Shown here piece by piece: positions 44,994 to 55,797 of a stretch of 64,000 bases of DNA (its first letter is position 1; the number at the start of each line of letters is the position of its first letter). The notes beneath the pieces are model-generated. The model was given only the letters and a program-made list of their open reading frames with translations, was not told the DNA's origin and did not search any database. Both the position numbers and the translations under genes were made by a program. The stretch is taken from IMG/VR virus record IMGVR_UViG_3300033142_001620; one strand, written 5' to 3'. Source of the DNA: an uncultured virus (IMG/VR IMGVR_UViG_3300033142_001620) (taxonomy: Duplodnaviria > Heunggongvirae > Uroviricota > Caudoviricetes).

Positions 44994-47900
44994 TAGACCA
45001 CCTCCTTAAATACAGTTTGTATTTCTTTGTGTTTATATCTTACTTTGGTATCCTCATGTTTGAAGATACATAATGGGTCAGATGGTATATACGTTGAACT
45101 GGTTGTTGAACTCGAACTCGAAGTGGTTGTTGAACTTGTGGTTGTCCCTCCTGTCTGAGTCGTCATTGTACTGGATGTGGTACTCGCCGTGGTGCTGGTA
45201 GTTGAAACTGTCGAGCTTGTTTGGCTCGTAGATGTCGTAGAATGACTGCTGGTCGTGCTTGAATAACTCGATGTAGTGCTGCCAGTTGAGCTTGAACTTG
45301 TGGTAGTTGAATGTGTGCTGCTCGTTGTACTCATTGAGCTTGAAGTCGTACTCTCCGTTGAACTGGTAGTCGAAGCGGTAGTCGAACTTGTGCTATGAGT
45401 AGAACTGGTGGTACTTATCGTTGAATAAGTACTCGAAGTGGTACTTATTGTAGTGTGCGTTGAAGAGGTAGTTGAAAATGAACTCGAAGTTGTGGTACTA
45501 TGTGTGCTACTTGTGGTAGACAAAGTACTCGCAGTAGAACTGGTAGTTGAATGTGTACTTGAAGTGGTACTGGCTGTACTGGATGTTGTGCTGTGAGTTG
45601 AACTCGTGGTTGAGTGTGTAGTTGAGGCTGTGGAACTGGTAGTGCTTTCAGTACTGGACGTAGTTGAATAAGTTGAAGATGTGGTACTTATTGTGGATGC
45701 TGTACTTGAGGTTGTGCTGTGTGTCGAAGATGTGGTACTTATTGTAGAACTTGAGCTACTGGTGGTGGAAGATGTGGTACTTATTGTAGAACTTGAACTC
45801 GTAGTAGTCGAATGTGTCGTTTCTCCGGGCGAAGTCGAGCTTGTGGTACTATATGTAGATGTTGTAGACTCGGTGGAACTGGTACTCGCAGTCGAGCTTG
45901 TGGTGCTTATGGTGCTGTGTGTTGAAGATGTGGTACTCGCTGTAGAACTGGAAGAAGTGGTAGTTGAACTGGTAGTTGAATGGGTAGTGTGTGTTGAACT
46001 GGTAGTAGAAGCTGTTGAGCTTGTACTTGAAGTTGTGGTGTGAGTAGAACTGGTAGTGCTGTATGTTGAACTGGTAGTCGTATGTGTGCTTGAGGTGGTA
46101 CTGTAAGTAGATGATGTCGTGCTTATGGTACTATAAGTGGACGAAGTGGTGCTTGCAGTTGAACTGGTTGTACTGTGTGTGCTTGAGGTGGTGGATATGG
46201 TACTGTATGTTGAACTGGTTGTTGAAGCTGTACTGGATGTGGTACTGGAAGAACTGGTTGTGGTGCTTATTGTAGAATATGTAGAACTCGTGGTACTTAT
46301 GGTGCTGTGTGTACTGGATGTGGTACTTGCAGTTGAACTGGTAGTAGAATGTGTGGTATGTGTAGAACTTGTGGTACTTGCAGTTGAACTGGTAGTAGTA
46401 GAGCTTGAAGTTGTGGTACTGATCGTACTATAAGTAGACGAAGTGGTACTGATAGTCGAAGCGGTACTCGAAGTCGTGCTATGTGTTGAACTGGTAGTAG
46501 AAGCAGTGCTTGAAGTGGTACTTGAACTTGAAGTGGTTGTAGAACTTGTGGTACTGATCGTAGAATATGTTGAACTGGTAGTACTCGCAGTTGAGCTTGT
46601 GGTAGAGTGTGTAGATGAGGTTGTGCTGGCAGTCGAAGATGTGGTACTAATTGTACTGTAAGTAGACGAAGTGGTACTTATTGTTGAAGCTGTACTGCTT
46701 GTGGTACTCGCTGTAGAACTGGTAGTAGAGCTTGAAGAGGTAGTAGAGCTTGTGGTTGCGGCTGTTATCTCATAAGTATATCCTGATGAGTCATTTCTGT
46801 CAAAATCCACATCCTCAGAATACCAATCGTAAGTTGAGCCATCTGGGCTGTCAGTAATGGTGGCACCAGAAGAAGCGGGAGTAAGAACTTGTTTTACACT
46901 GTCCTCATCTGTATAACCAATGTCCCCAGCTGTACCATGAACTCCGGCGGCAAAATAGCATTTATAGTCGGCCATACAGGTAGCATACCCAGAAAGATAT
47001 GTCCAAAAAGTATTAGCTGTAGCAAGAGTCCAAAGTCTATCATAAGGTGCACCACCCATGATAATTTCTTTAACTGTGTAGTCGCCAGTGTTGTGCTTAG
47101 TATAGCCAGTTACTTTATAAAGACCACCATACTCTATAAGAGCATTAATTTGTTGAGAACCTTCACCATGATTAAAAGTTGGGTCAATTTCTATCTCTAA
47201 ACAATTTCCACTTTGGCCACCAGATACAGAAGCTAATGTGGCTTGGTATGCGTTAACTCCACCAGTATTTTCATAAGTTGTATTGAGAAGTAGCTCTGAA
47301 CCATAAGTCTCCCCAGTGCCCATTGCTTTTAAGAAACCAACAAGTTCTTTATTTGCAGAATCTCTTATAATTACTTTCTGACCAAGATAACTGTTAAATA
47401 ATCCCGGCAACGAAAAGTCAACAAAAGCAGTTCCATCAACAATAGATAATCGCATATTGTCTTTAGTAATGCTGCCTGCTGGTGGATATGTCGTACTCGT
47501 AGTCGAACTTGAACTTGAACTTGTGGTAGATAGCGTAGAAGCTGTTGAACTGGTAGATGAACTTGAACTTGTGGTACTGATTGTACTATAAGTAGAAGAT
47601 GTCGTGCTTATGGTAGAATAAGTACTTGAAGTAGTGCTATGAGTAGACGAGGTGGTACTTATCGTAGAATATGTAGAACTGGTAGTTGAATATGTAGATG
47701 AGGTTGTGCTGTGTGTTGAAGATGTGGTACTTATTGTCGAAGCAGTTGAACTGGTAGTCGTATGTGTTGAGCTTGTGGTACTTATGGTGCTATATGTACT
47801 TGAAGTGGTAGATATGGTAGAATAAGTGGATGAGGTGGTACTTATTGTACTGTATGTTGAACTGGTAGTGGAAGCTGTTGAACTCGTGGTACTTGCTGTG

Positions 47901-50900
47901 GAACTGGTAGTTGAAGCTGTACTGGATGTTGAGCTTGAGCTACTGGTAGTAGAACTTGTGGTACTCACAGTAGATGAAGTGGTACTCGCTGTTGAACTGG
48001 TTGTACTGTGTGTACTCGAAGTGGTACTTGCAGTCGAACTGGTTGTCGAAGCTGTAGATGAAGTGGTACTGTGTGTACTGCTTGTAGTGGATATAGTCGA
48101 ATGAGTAGAACTTGTGGTACTTGCAGTAGAACTGGAAGAAGTGGTACTCGATGAAGTGGTAGTACTGGATGTGGTAGTTCCCGCATCTTCATAAACAGCA
48201 AAAAAACTAGAATCAGTATCCGAAGCTGAACTTGCCCCATGCCATTCTGCCCCTATAGGCCAAATATAAGGAATCCCACCTGTCCCAAACACTGCATCTA
48301 TCCCTGTAGCTGCAAAAGCAGAAACAAATATATTATCATCACCAGTGAAAAGTGAAATCCAATAATCCACTCCCCCTGTTACCTGTGGTTTAGTTCCAGT
48401 ATAGGTATGTGATTCTTTTATTGGAGCACTATGATTTGTTGTAACAAGAGTGGCAGTTTCAGAATTAGCTACCATAGTTTCTGGGCACTCGTTGATAGCA
48501 TCATCAGTAAAAATAGCTATTCTAAACTCGGCTCCGGCGTCTGTGTCATATAGCCACATACCTAATTCTAAAATTTCTTTTGTACCAGTGCCCGGGCAAG
48601 TGAATTTTTGTGCTGCTACCATTCCCCCAACTGTTGGTGCCTCACCATCCCCATATCTTACAGTAGGAGAAGTTGTTACAAATCCATTGCCCTCAGGGGG
48701 TATTGTTGTACTTGTGGTTGAAGCTGTGCTACTCGTTGAGCTTGTGGTAGATAGTGTAGAAGCTGTGGAACTGGTAGTACTCGCAGTTGAACTAGTTGTA
48801 GTAGTTGATGTGGGAGCAGGGTCTAATGACAATCCACCTACCCAATCGTCCTCTCTACATGTCAACATATCAATATAGAATGTCCCATATGTGAGTGTTG
48901 TTGTTGTTCCAAACAGCACCAATCCACTATCCGTGGCATGTGTATCTGTCAAGGTCCCTTCAGAAGTAATTGGATATACAGAATCAATATTGTTTGGTTG
49001 GTCTACTCCATTAATCCGCCATGCCCAAACATTATTAGTAACACTCCATTTAAGCTCAAAACGATAACGAGTATTTAATGACACAGCAACATTTGAAATA
49101 AAATCTTCTCTTTGTCCATCATGGAATGCTGCTATTGAAAATCGCAAGACACCAGTGGCACTTTTTTCTAAAAACACCCCGCCACATGGTAGTGAGAGGG
49201 TGCTATTATACACTCCACAAAGACCAAACCATTCCTCGTTACTAAGACTCTCTGATGTGATTACAACTTCCCATCTCCAAAATGTATCTGCTGTGACGCC
49301 AAGAGAGGTGTTATAAAGAAAAACATCACCCCCATCAATATCTATCTCACAGCATTGACTCTCCCATCCAGAAGGCGAGCCTGCAAGAGTAACATTTGCA
49401 TCTTCATTATATGTGCCACCAGATTCATCATCTTGCCAATTAGATTCTTCAAATCCTGTTCCCTCAAATCTTTCGTCAAATATATATGGGGGTGCGGTTA
49501 CAGTTGTGCTTGTGGTAGAAGCTGTGGAACTGGTGGAAGCTGTAGAAGCTGTAGAACTGGTAGTACTGGAAGAACTGGTTGTAGTAGAACTGGTTGTGGT
49601 TACTTCAGACTCCGCACCAATCCAATCTGAATCGGAAACAGTTAAAAGGTCAATATAACAGGTAGTGTTTTGACCATAATCCGTGTAATCGCCCAAAACA
49701 ACTGCCCCACAATTAACGTCCCATGTGGTAGTGCCTTCAGATGTTATTGGACTTTCAGAGTCAACATTATTTGGCTGGTCAACACCATCTATTCGCCATG
49801 CCCAATGGTTATTTGTGTTGTCCCATTTTATCTCTATTCTATACTTTGTGTTAAGTGATATAGTATTAATACTTTGGTAATATTCACTACCGAGATCGTC
49901 TGGGTCAACAGCGATAGCCCACTGTAAATCACCATCACCATTTTGATAAAGAGCAAATTCAAAAGGATTATTACTTAACACATTATCCCAAAGTGCAAAC
50001 ATTACGGCAGCATCCGTATTTCCCAAACTTTCAGAAGTAACAACAATTTCAAATCTATAATAAATTATGTCATGGTCGCCTATAACATTATAAACAGAAT
50101 TGGCTTCAGAAACAGTTATAATCTCCATGCACTGACTGCCCCAATTAGCAGGAGAGCCAGCATCCGAAGGGTCACCATCTGGATTTAGGGTACTACTTGC
50201 ACCTTCACCTTCAACCCAGCCCGATTCTTCATAGCCAGCACCTTCAAATCTTTCGTCAAATATATATGGGGGTGGTGTATAAACAATAGTAAGCTCCGCA
50301 CCAGTTCCACCACCAGACTGAGCTTCAAATCCTGTCTGGTTATTCCATCCTGGTGAATCAGGAAGCCAAACAATTGCTAAAGAATTCCCTGAGCTATGAC
50401 TCCCAGTAAACCTTTCTTGAATTATAGTCTTAATTTCTGGTGAATCACTATCACCATCACCAACACTTTCAAATACAACTTCACCAGGATGAACTGATGC
50501 ACCTGATGGGACAGTTCCATTTTGCCACGCTGAGGGAGTATTATCATTAACAGCTTGTAAATGTCCATCATCCATGTGACCTGAACTTTCTCCCTCAAAA
50601 GCTCCATCAATAGAAATTTTACAGCCATTTTCAGCTATTCCTTCAGCCTCTACATTTGTCCAAATCCAGCCAGAACTAAGAGCAGGATCACTTGCTATGT
50701 TGCCCACATAAAGATTGCCGTCACCACCATCGTCATAATAAGTACCATTGTCGTCCATACAGTCGTCACTTGTTTCATTTGGCCCCCAATTGGTAGGGCT
50801 TATCACTACATCCCCGTTGTCAGGCAAATCAAAATCACCAAGAAAGAAATCAAGCTTTTTACCGCCTGCTTGACTCTCCACTGTATAACCATTATGAATG

Positions 50901-51529
50901 TCTATTTCATCTTTATTCCATTGAAATTTTATATTTTCAAAGAGTAGTTTAAAAACGCCAATTTCTTCGCCAAGATTCCATGGCGGCCCTTCGTGCGCTT
51001 GGACTTCTGTTACTTCTCCAGCAATGCCTGAGTTTTGAAATCTAATCCTATATTGATCTGCATCAACCACATGAAGTCGAAATGTGAGTTTGACTTTCTC
51101 TTGTGGTCTGAAAAGGAAATCAACATCAAGAGTGTTACCTAAGCCATCTGAAAGATTACGAGTAACAATACAATAATCATCTTGTTGGTCTGCCGTTAAA
51201 CCAATTTGCCATAAATCAAGTGTTCTCCATTGAGGATCATCCCAATACTGTACTTCAAATCGTTGGTCATCTATAAGGGTTTCAACAGAACCATATTCTC
51301 TAATCGTCTGAAAACCATCAACATCAAACTCGCAAACATGATTACCATAGCGAATAGACTGGCTTGGCTCATCCCAAATATAGGGTTTAAATTTATCATC
51401 AACAGGATCAAGAACATTCTTCTGGCCTAAAAGTCCCTTCCAAACTCGCTGACCGGTCGGCTGTCCACCATCGTCAGTGACTATAAATTTGCGTCCAGTT
51501 TTAGTGTATTTGTCGTGAACTAATGGCAT
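44993..51529 (-). CDS. Giant (2178 aa) mucin-like Ser/Thr-rich multidomain protein, probably virion-associated
   Basis: Uninterrupted ORF; long STTSST(A/H/Y)/TIS repeat blocks separating globular domains; one domain duplicated. Confidence 0.85.
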   Translation of the reverse strand: MPLVHDKYTKTGRKFIVTDDGGQPTGQRVWKGLLGQKNVLDPVDDKFKPYIWDEPSQSIRYGNHVCEFDVDGFQTIREYGSVETLIDDQRFEVQYWDDPQWRTLDLWQIGLTADQQDDYCIVTRNLSDGLGNTLDVDFLFRPQEKVKLTFRLHVVDADQYRIRFQNSGIAGEVTEVQAHEGPPWNLGEEIGVFKLLFENIKFQWNKDEIDIHNGYTVESQAGGKKLDFFLGDFDLPDNGDVVISPTNWGPNETSDDCMDDNGTYYDDGGDGNLYVGNIASDPALSSGWIWTNVEAEGIAENGCKISIDGAFEGESSGHMDDGHLQAVNDNTPSAWQNGTVPSGASVHPGEVVFESVGDGDSDSPEIKTIIQERFTGSHSSGNSLAIVWLPDSPGWNNQTGFEAQSGGGTGAELTIVYTPPPYIFDERFEGAGYEESGWVEGEGASSTLNPDGDPSDAGSPANWGSQCMEIITVSEANSVYNVIGDHDIIYYRFEIVVTSESLGNTDAAVMFALWDNVLSNNPFEFALYQNGDGDLQWAIAVDPDDLGSEYYQSINTISLNTKYRIEIKWDNTNNHWAWRIDGVDQPNNVDSESPITSEGTTTWDVNCGAVVLGDYTDYGQNTTCYIDLLTVSDSDWIGAESEVTTTSSTTTSSSSTTSSTASTASTSSTASTTSTTVTAPPYIFDERFEGTGFEESNWQDDESGGTYNEDANVTLAGSPSGWESQCCEIDIDGGDVFLYNTSLGVTADTFWRWEVVITSESLSNEEWFGLCGVYNSTLSLPCGGVFLEKSATGVLRFSIAAFHDGQREDFISNVAVSLNTRYRFELKWSVTNNVWAWRINGVDQPNNIDSVYPITSEGTLTDTHATDSGLVLFGTTTTLTYGTFYIDMLTCREDDWVGGLSLDPAPTSTTTTSSTASTTSSTASTLSTTSSTSSTASTTSTTIPPEGNGFVTTSPTVRYGDGEAPTVGGMVAAQKFTCPGTGTKEILELGMWLYDTDAGAEFRIAIFTDDAINECPETMVANSETATLVTTNHSAPIKESHTYTGTKPQVTGGVDYWISLFTGDDNIFVSAFAATGIDAVFGTGGIPYIWPIGAEWHGASSASDTDSSFFAVYEDAGTTTSSTTTSSSTTSSSSTASTTSSTHSTISTTSSTHSTTSSTASTTSSTASTTSSTHSTTSSTASTTSSTVSTTSSTTSSSSSTSSTASTTSSTASTTSSTASTTSSTYSTISTTSSTYSTISTTSSTYSTISTTSSTHTTTSSTASTISTTSSTHSTTSSTYSTTSSTYSTISTTSSTHSTTSSTYSTISTTSSTYSTISTTSSSSSTSSTASTLSTTSSSSSSTTSTTYPPAGSITKDNMRLSIVDGTAFVDFSLPGLFNSYLGQKVIIRDSANKELVGFLKAMGTGETYGSELLLNTTYENTGGVNAYQATLASVSGGQSGNCLEIEIDPTFNHGEGSQQINALIEYGGLYKVTGYTKHNTGDYTVKEIIMGGAPYDRLWTLATANTFWTYLSGYATCMADYKCYFAAGVHGTAGDIGYTDEDSVKQVLTPASSGATITDSPDGSTYDWYSEDVDFDRNDSSGYTYEITAATTSSTTSSSSTTSSTASTTSSTASTISTTSSTYSTISTTSSTASTTSSTHSTTSSTASTTSSTYSTISTTSSTTTSSSSTTSSTASTTSSTHSTTSSTASTISTTSSTYSTISTTTSSSTTTSSTASTTSSTHTTHSTTSSTASTTSSTHSTISTTSSTYSTISTTTSSSSTTSSTASTTSSTYSTISTTSSTHSTTSSTASTTSSTYSTISTTSSTYSTTSSTHTTTSSTYSTTSSTHTTTSSTSSTASTTSSTHTTHSTTSSTTTSSSSTASTTSSTHSTISTTSSTASTSSTESTTSTYSTTSSTSPGETTHSTTTSSSSTISTTSSTTSSSSSTISTTSSTHSTTSSTASTISTTSSTYSTTSSTESTTSSTASTTHSTTSSTHSTTSSTASTTSSTHSTTSSTASTLSTTSSTHSTTTSSSFSTTSSTHTTISTTSSTYSTISTTSSTHSTSSTTASTTSSTESTTSSSMSTTSSTHSTTTSSSSTGSTTSSYSSTTSSHSTTSTSQTSSTVSTTSTTASTTSSTMTTQTGGTTTSSTTTSSSSSTTSSTYIPSDPLCIFKHEDTKVRYKHKEIQTVFKEVV

Positions 51530-51530
51530 T

Positions 51531-52457
51531 TTATCTCCATTTTTTTAGCCATTCTTCAATTGATATGACCTGTTGTTTTTTAATTAAATCTCTATGTCCT
51601 TTACAGGTCGCCTTAACATCTTCATAGATAGATTGCAAGACTTCTTTTCTCCCTTTACGATTTTCTTTCATTAAGGATAACCACTTGTCCCCGCCAAACA
51701 TATAATTAGCAATGAATCGGTTCCTTATCATATCATCGCCATTCCAATGATAGCCTCGTTTCTCTCCATGATGAAACAGCGTTCCGCCTCCTGTCATTAT
51801 CCATTTTTTCATTCCTAAAACAGCAAGAGTGTAGTTGATAAAGTTCTCTCCGCCTCCGTATATTCCAAGCTCAACAGGCCAACCTCCTAATTTATCATAG
51901 ATTTCTCTTGATATCATCATTCCACACGTTGACATGCAAGGTACTTCGTAGGGCTCATCTGCTGCACGGTATCCTGTAAAGGAATAATGTAGATTTCCTT
52001 GCTCGATTTCTCCAGCCAGCTTGTAAATGAGTCTGTGCCATTCAAGTATTTTATATGTCAATGGAAGATGAATTGTTCCATTTAATTTATCCTGATTTTT
52101 AACATAGTAATTGAACATATCATACAACCCATCTCTTGAGATAGCACAGTGGGCATCAACAAACCAAAAAATATCCCCTGTTGAATGTTGGACTCCTAAG
52201 TTCTTTGACTGCCAATGAGAAAGCTTGTCCTTATATTCAAGATACTTTAGCCATTTATTTCCTTTCTGACAAACCTTTATTGTTTCCCCACCTTTGTCTT
52301 GCTCTCTGTTCTGTGCTTTGACTTCTTCGCAGTAATTGTTAATTGCAATTAGTTCAAAATCAACTCTACCCAAAAGTGACTGTGCCATTGCTTGAACAGT
52401 AAACATCAATTGGGGAAATTCATTACAAAAAGGCATAATGATTGATAGTTTGCTCAT
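51531..52457 (-). CDS. GT-A glycosyltransferase resembling polypeptide GalNAc-transferase
   Basis: SIIMPFCNE, FVDAHC, ISREIYDKLGGW..GIYGGGE. Confidence 0.8.
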   Translation of the reverse strand: MSKLSIIMPFCNEFPQLMFTVQAMAQSLLGRVDFELIAINNYCEEVKAQNREQDKGGETIKVCQKGNKWLKYLEYKDKLSHWQSKNLGVQHSTGDIFWFVDAHCAISRDGLYDMFNYYVKNQDKLNGTIHLPLTYKILEWHRLIYKLAGEIEQGNLHYSFTGYRAADEPYEVPCMSTCGMMISREIYDKLGGWPVELGIYGGGENFINYTLAVLGMKKWIMTGGGTLFHHGEKRGYHWNGDDMIRNRFIANYMFGGDKWLSLMKENRKGRKEVLQSIYEDVKATCKGHRDLIKKQQVISIEEWLKKWR

Positions 52458-53284
52458 TTCTTTTTTCCTTTCTTAGCTTTGATAATTATTGGTTTCTTTT
52501 TCCTTGTATCAAACTTTTTCTTTTTGGGTTTCTGAAAGACAACACCATGTTGCCCATAGATTTTTTCTTTGTCGTGAGAAAATGTTGGTAACAGATATTT
52601 AAAACCATGTTTCTTTACAAGCTCTACCATTTTCCACCTGGAAATAACTATACTGGTTTTATTAACTCTCGTTAAGGGACCTCCCTCCCTATATCCGGGA
52701 AGATGCTGCTCTTCGGTTTTGATGTCACTCACATACTCAGACATGTTTTGAACCTTTTTACTCCTGCACAAACGAGTGAAGAAGATAACTGCAACACCTC
52801 CGGGTCTCATAACTCGAAACATTTCTTTTAAGTAGTCATCCACAACCTGTATTGTTCCAAGATGGAGAAAGGTCACCCATGAGTGAATAAAATCAATTGA
52901 ATTGTTGTCCATAGGAATAGTATCGCCGTTAGACATAAACAAAGCAGTGTTTTTATTTTCTCCACCCTGCCTTTTTCGTAGCTCTGCTTCAACAAAGCTG
53001 ATTTCATTATGCACATCTATTCCAGTAGCATACTTGAAATGCTCAGAAGCAGCAAAGACTTGTCCGCCTCCACCATAGCCAATATCTAAGGAAATCTTAT
53101 CGCTCAAATCTCCTAAGTGCCTTTCAGCAAAAGGCAGCATTAAACGACAAAAAATACCCTCTGCCTTCTCGTATGCTCCGTCTACTGTCTCACCTCCATC
53201 AAACCAAGAAAAGAAAGTATCTTTCCCTTTCTTTCTTATCTCTCTTAATTCATTTTTAAATCCTTCCGGGTCGCAGTAATTCAT
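52454..53284 (-). CDS. Class I SAM-dependent methyltransferase
   Basis: LDIGYGGG, GIDV, EMFRVMRPGG. Confidence 0.88.
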   Translation of the reverse strand: MNYCDPEGFKNELREIRKKGKDTFFSWFDGGETVDGAYEKAEGIFCRLMLPFAERHLGDLSDKISLDIGYGGGGQVFAASEHFKYATGIDVHNEISFVEAELRKRQGGENKNTALFMSNGDTIPMDNNSIDFIHSWVTFLHLGTIQVVDDYLKEMFRVMRPGGVAVIFFTRLCRSKKVQNMSEYVSDIKTEEQHLPGYREGGPLTRVNKTSIVISRWKMVELVKKHGFKYLLPTFSHDKEKIYGQHGVVFQKPKKKKFDTRKKKPIIIKAKKGKKK

Positions 53285-53296
53285 AATAACCTCCTT

Positions 53297-54025
53297 TTAG
53301 TTTTTCTCCCATTCCATAAAATATGCTTTGCTTCCTTTCTTCTTCCAGTTGTTTTCTATCATCCACCTTCTGCCTATATCTCGAATCATTGCAGATTCTT
53401 TAGGTGTTCCATAAACACCATAACTCCATTTAGCTACTTCATTCATTATCTCTTTGGGACCTCTGTGAAACTGCTTCTCAGGGTTCTTATTTGTATCAAT
53501 GTAGTTCACTGTGTTATCTATGAACTCTCTTTTTATAAGTGATGGATGTCCACAGAAACCAACTGACATCTTTAATTCCTCTGGGCATTCAAAGTACTCC
53601 CCATTCCATGGGAAGAACTTATTCCAGTTCTTCATCTTGTCCCCGTCTGCTTTAAACTGAGGCAGTCTAAGCAAAGCAAGTTTCGGATTTCTTCTTAGTA
53701 TGCCTACCATATCCATTAAATCAACTTCCTTCAGTAGTTCCCAATCATCTTCCAAGTGCAAAACAAACTCAGCATTTCCTTTAAACTTCCATACCCACTT
53801 GAATGCATCAGAGAAGTTTGATTTTTCTGGAGTTCGGGAAACCAAATTCGGAAAAAACATTAAGCAAGTATCTATTACACTATCTGCCTTCCCATCTCCA
53901 ACTGGGTCAACATTCATTATTACTTCACATTCATGGTCTTTCAACATATTGTAATAAAACGATTGCAAGGTTGTTAGTAAAATCTTTGGTCTCCTACAAG
54001 CTGTAATGGTTATATCAATGTTCAT
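53297..54025 (-). CDS. GT-A (GT2-like) glycosyltransferase
   Basis: ITITACRRP, LHLEDDW. Confidence 0.8.
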   Translation of the reverse strand: MNIDITITACRRPKILLTTLQSFYYNMLKDHECEVIMNVDPVGDGKADSVIDTCLMFFPNLVSRTPEKSNFSDAFKWVWKFKGNAEFVLHLEDDWELLKEVDLMDMVGILRRNPKLALLRLPQFKADGDKMKNWNKFFPWNGEYFECPEELKMSVGFCGHPSLIKREFIDNTVNYIDTNKNPEKQFHRGPKEIMNEVAKWSYGVYGTPKESAMIRDIGRRWMIENNWKKKGSKAYFMEWEKN

Positions 54026-54027
54026 TT

Positions 54028-54618
54028 CTACCTCCTTTCAAAGTAAAGCAGATTGTTATAATAGCCTCCATAAATTTCTTTCCTGTGTTTCCAAGGCTCC
54101 CAGAACTTCTTAATGTTCTCGGCTCTCTCTTGAATATTATCATACCCAAGAAGATTGAATTTATCTATCCAGTACTCTTTTGGTTGGCAGTTAACATGAT
54201 AGTGTCCCCCTTGTCCGGGAGGAGCCGCAGTTATCAATATCCGATTTGCTAAGTTGGTAAGATTAAGCAAAAAAATATCTGCATATTCTGGTTCAATATG
54301 TTCCGCTACTTCAAAACTCATTGCCACCTCAAAGGACTTCTGCAAATCAAGCTCCGTCCGTAAATCTGCAATGGTTATATATTTTCGATTTACAACCAAA
54401 TGACGAATGCAGTTTTCCGAGCCCTCTATTCCATGAGCAAAAGGAACTCCTGCTCCAAGAAATCCCATAACATAATCGCCTATACCACACCCCACATCAA
54501 CAATTGAGTGTGGTTCAAATTCATTCGCTATCGGCTCACACACTATCGGAACTCGCCACATTAATTTGTTTCTCGTTCTGAAAAAACTGTCCTTGTAAAT
54601 ATCAACTAATGGTTTCAT
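54028..54618 (-). CDS. SAM-dependent methyltransferase
   Basis: VDVGCGIG, SFEVAEHI, PGQGGHYHVN. Confidence 0.88.
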   Translation of the reverse strand: MKPLVDIYKDSFFRTRNKLMWRVPIVCEPIANEFEPHSIVDVGCGIGDYVMGFLGAGVPFAHGIEGSENCIRHLVVNRKYITIADLRTELDLQKSFEVAMSFEVAEHIEPEYADIFLLNLTNLANRILITAAPPGQGGHYHVNCQPKEYWIDKFNLLGYDNIQERAENIKKFWEPWKHRKEIYGGYYNNLLYFERR

Positions 54619-54633
54619 AAGCCTTCCTTTTAT

Positions 54634-55797
54634 TTATATTGGCAGTATCCAATTAATCCTTTCTCCCTTTTCCTTTTCCATTATCTCTTCCGCATGGTTC
54701 CACGCAAACAAAACAACGTTCTCTGGCTTGTCCCTTTCAAACTCACAATAAGGAGCAATCGGAACATGCATGCCCGGACTGAGTTTTCCTATCTTGATTG
54801 GTGTTGTATCATATATCTTGTCGATTAGACTTGTTCCTACTTTACAGTAGTTTAATACTGTCGTACTCTTCGCAGTTGCTCCATATCCAACGGTTTTCTG
54901 TCCAATACTAAACAACTTATGCATAAATCTTTTCCTGCTCGTCTTCACTCTCTCACTGAATTTGGCAAAAACATCAAAGTTGTCTAAAACCTCTCCATCG
55001 GCGATAACTTCCACCATTCCATGTTTTTCCCCATTCTTTGCTTTTGCATGAGTAGTGAAGTATCTTGTTGTCCCCCCATGTACCTCTACTCGACACACAC
55101 CAGATAAGCACAAGTCAAACATTTTCATGGTCTTTTTAAATGAAGAAACTGAAGAAAAGAAAATATGTTCATTATAAAACTGGTCATAGGAACAGAGATT
55201 AATAACCCTGCTCAAAGAGGCTTCCTCATTTATCCATACTCCATCCGGTTTTAATAATGTCCTTATCCCATCAAGAACAGATTTTCTATCAACCATATGA
55301 GGAAATACATTTGCAGATACGATTACATCTGCCTTCCCATACAAATCCACAATCCTGTCTGCGGTTTCTTTATTAAAAAATGAGTGTAGGCATATTACAC
55401 CTTTCTTCTTTGCATGAAGACATACATTCCCTGATGGTTCTATTCCTAAATGATTATATCTTTTGAAGTTCTTTAGGAACGTGCCATCATTGCTTCCTAT
55501 CTCAACAACGAAACTCCCATTAAGTGGCAGCTTTGATTTAATATCATGTGCCAACTCTTTAAAGTGTTGTTTCATATACTCGGATGTTGAAGTAAAAAAA
55601 GCATAATCATCATTAAATACATCTTCCTTTGCCGGACAGTTCCCTATCTGTACGGTAAAACAATCAGGACAAAAGAATACTTCCAGATTATAAAAAAATT
55701 CATCCATCGTAGGGCTTTGTATAAAGTTATTTGCCATTGGCTGTTTTCCCAAATCCAAAAACTTTTTTGTGGTTGTATTACATATTCTACAATTCAT
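54634..55797 (-). CDS. NDP-sugar C-methyltransferase (Zn-binding N-terminus)
   Basis: CRIC..DLGKQPMAN..CPDC; EIGSNDG; YNEH; GYGATAK; AWN. Confidence 0.9.
   Translation of the reverse strand: MNCRICNTTTKKFLDLGKQPMANNFIQSPTMDEFFYNLEVFFCPDCFTVQIGNCPAKEDVFNDDYAFFTSTSEYMKQHFKELAHDIKSKLPLNGSFVVEIGSNDGTFLKNFKRYNHLGIEPSGNVCLHAKKKGVICLHSFFNKETADRIVDLYGKADVIVSANVFPHMVDRKSVLDGIRTLLKPDGVWINEEASLSRVINLCSYDQFYNEHIFFSSVSSFKKTMKMFDLCLSGVCRVEVHGGTTRYFTTHAKAKNGEKHGMVEVIADGEVLDNFDVFAKFSERVKTSRKRFMHKLFSIGQKTVGYGATAKSTTVLNYCKVGTSLIDKIYDTTPIKIGKLSPGMHVPIAPYCEFERDKPENVVLFAWNHAEEIMEKEKGERINWILPI

Noticed and set aside
45681..48104. + strand Val/Glu/Leu-rich ORFs
   Set aside because: These are antisense shadows of the Ser/Thr repeats in the - strand giant gene and have no SDs.
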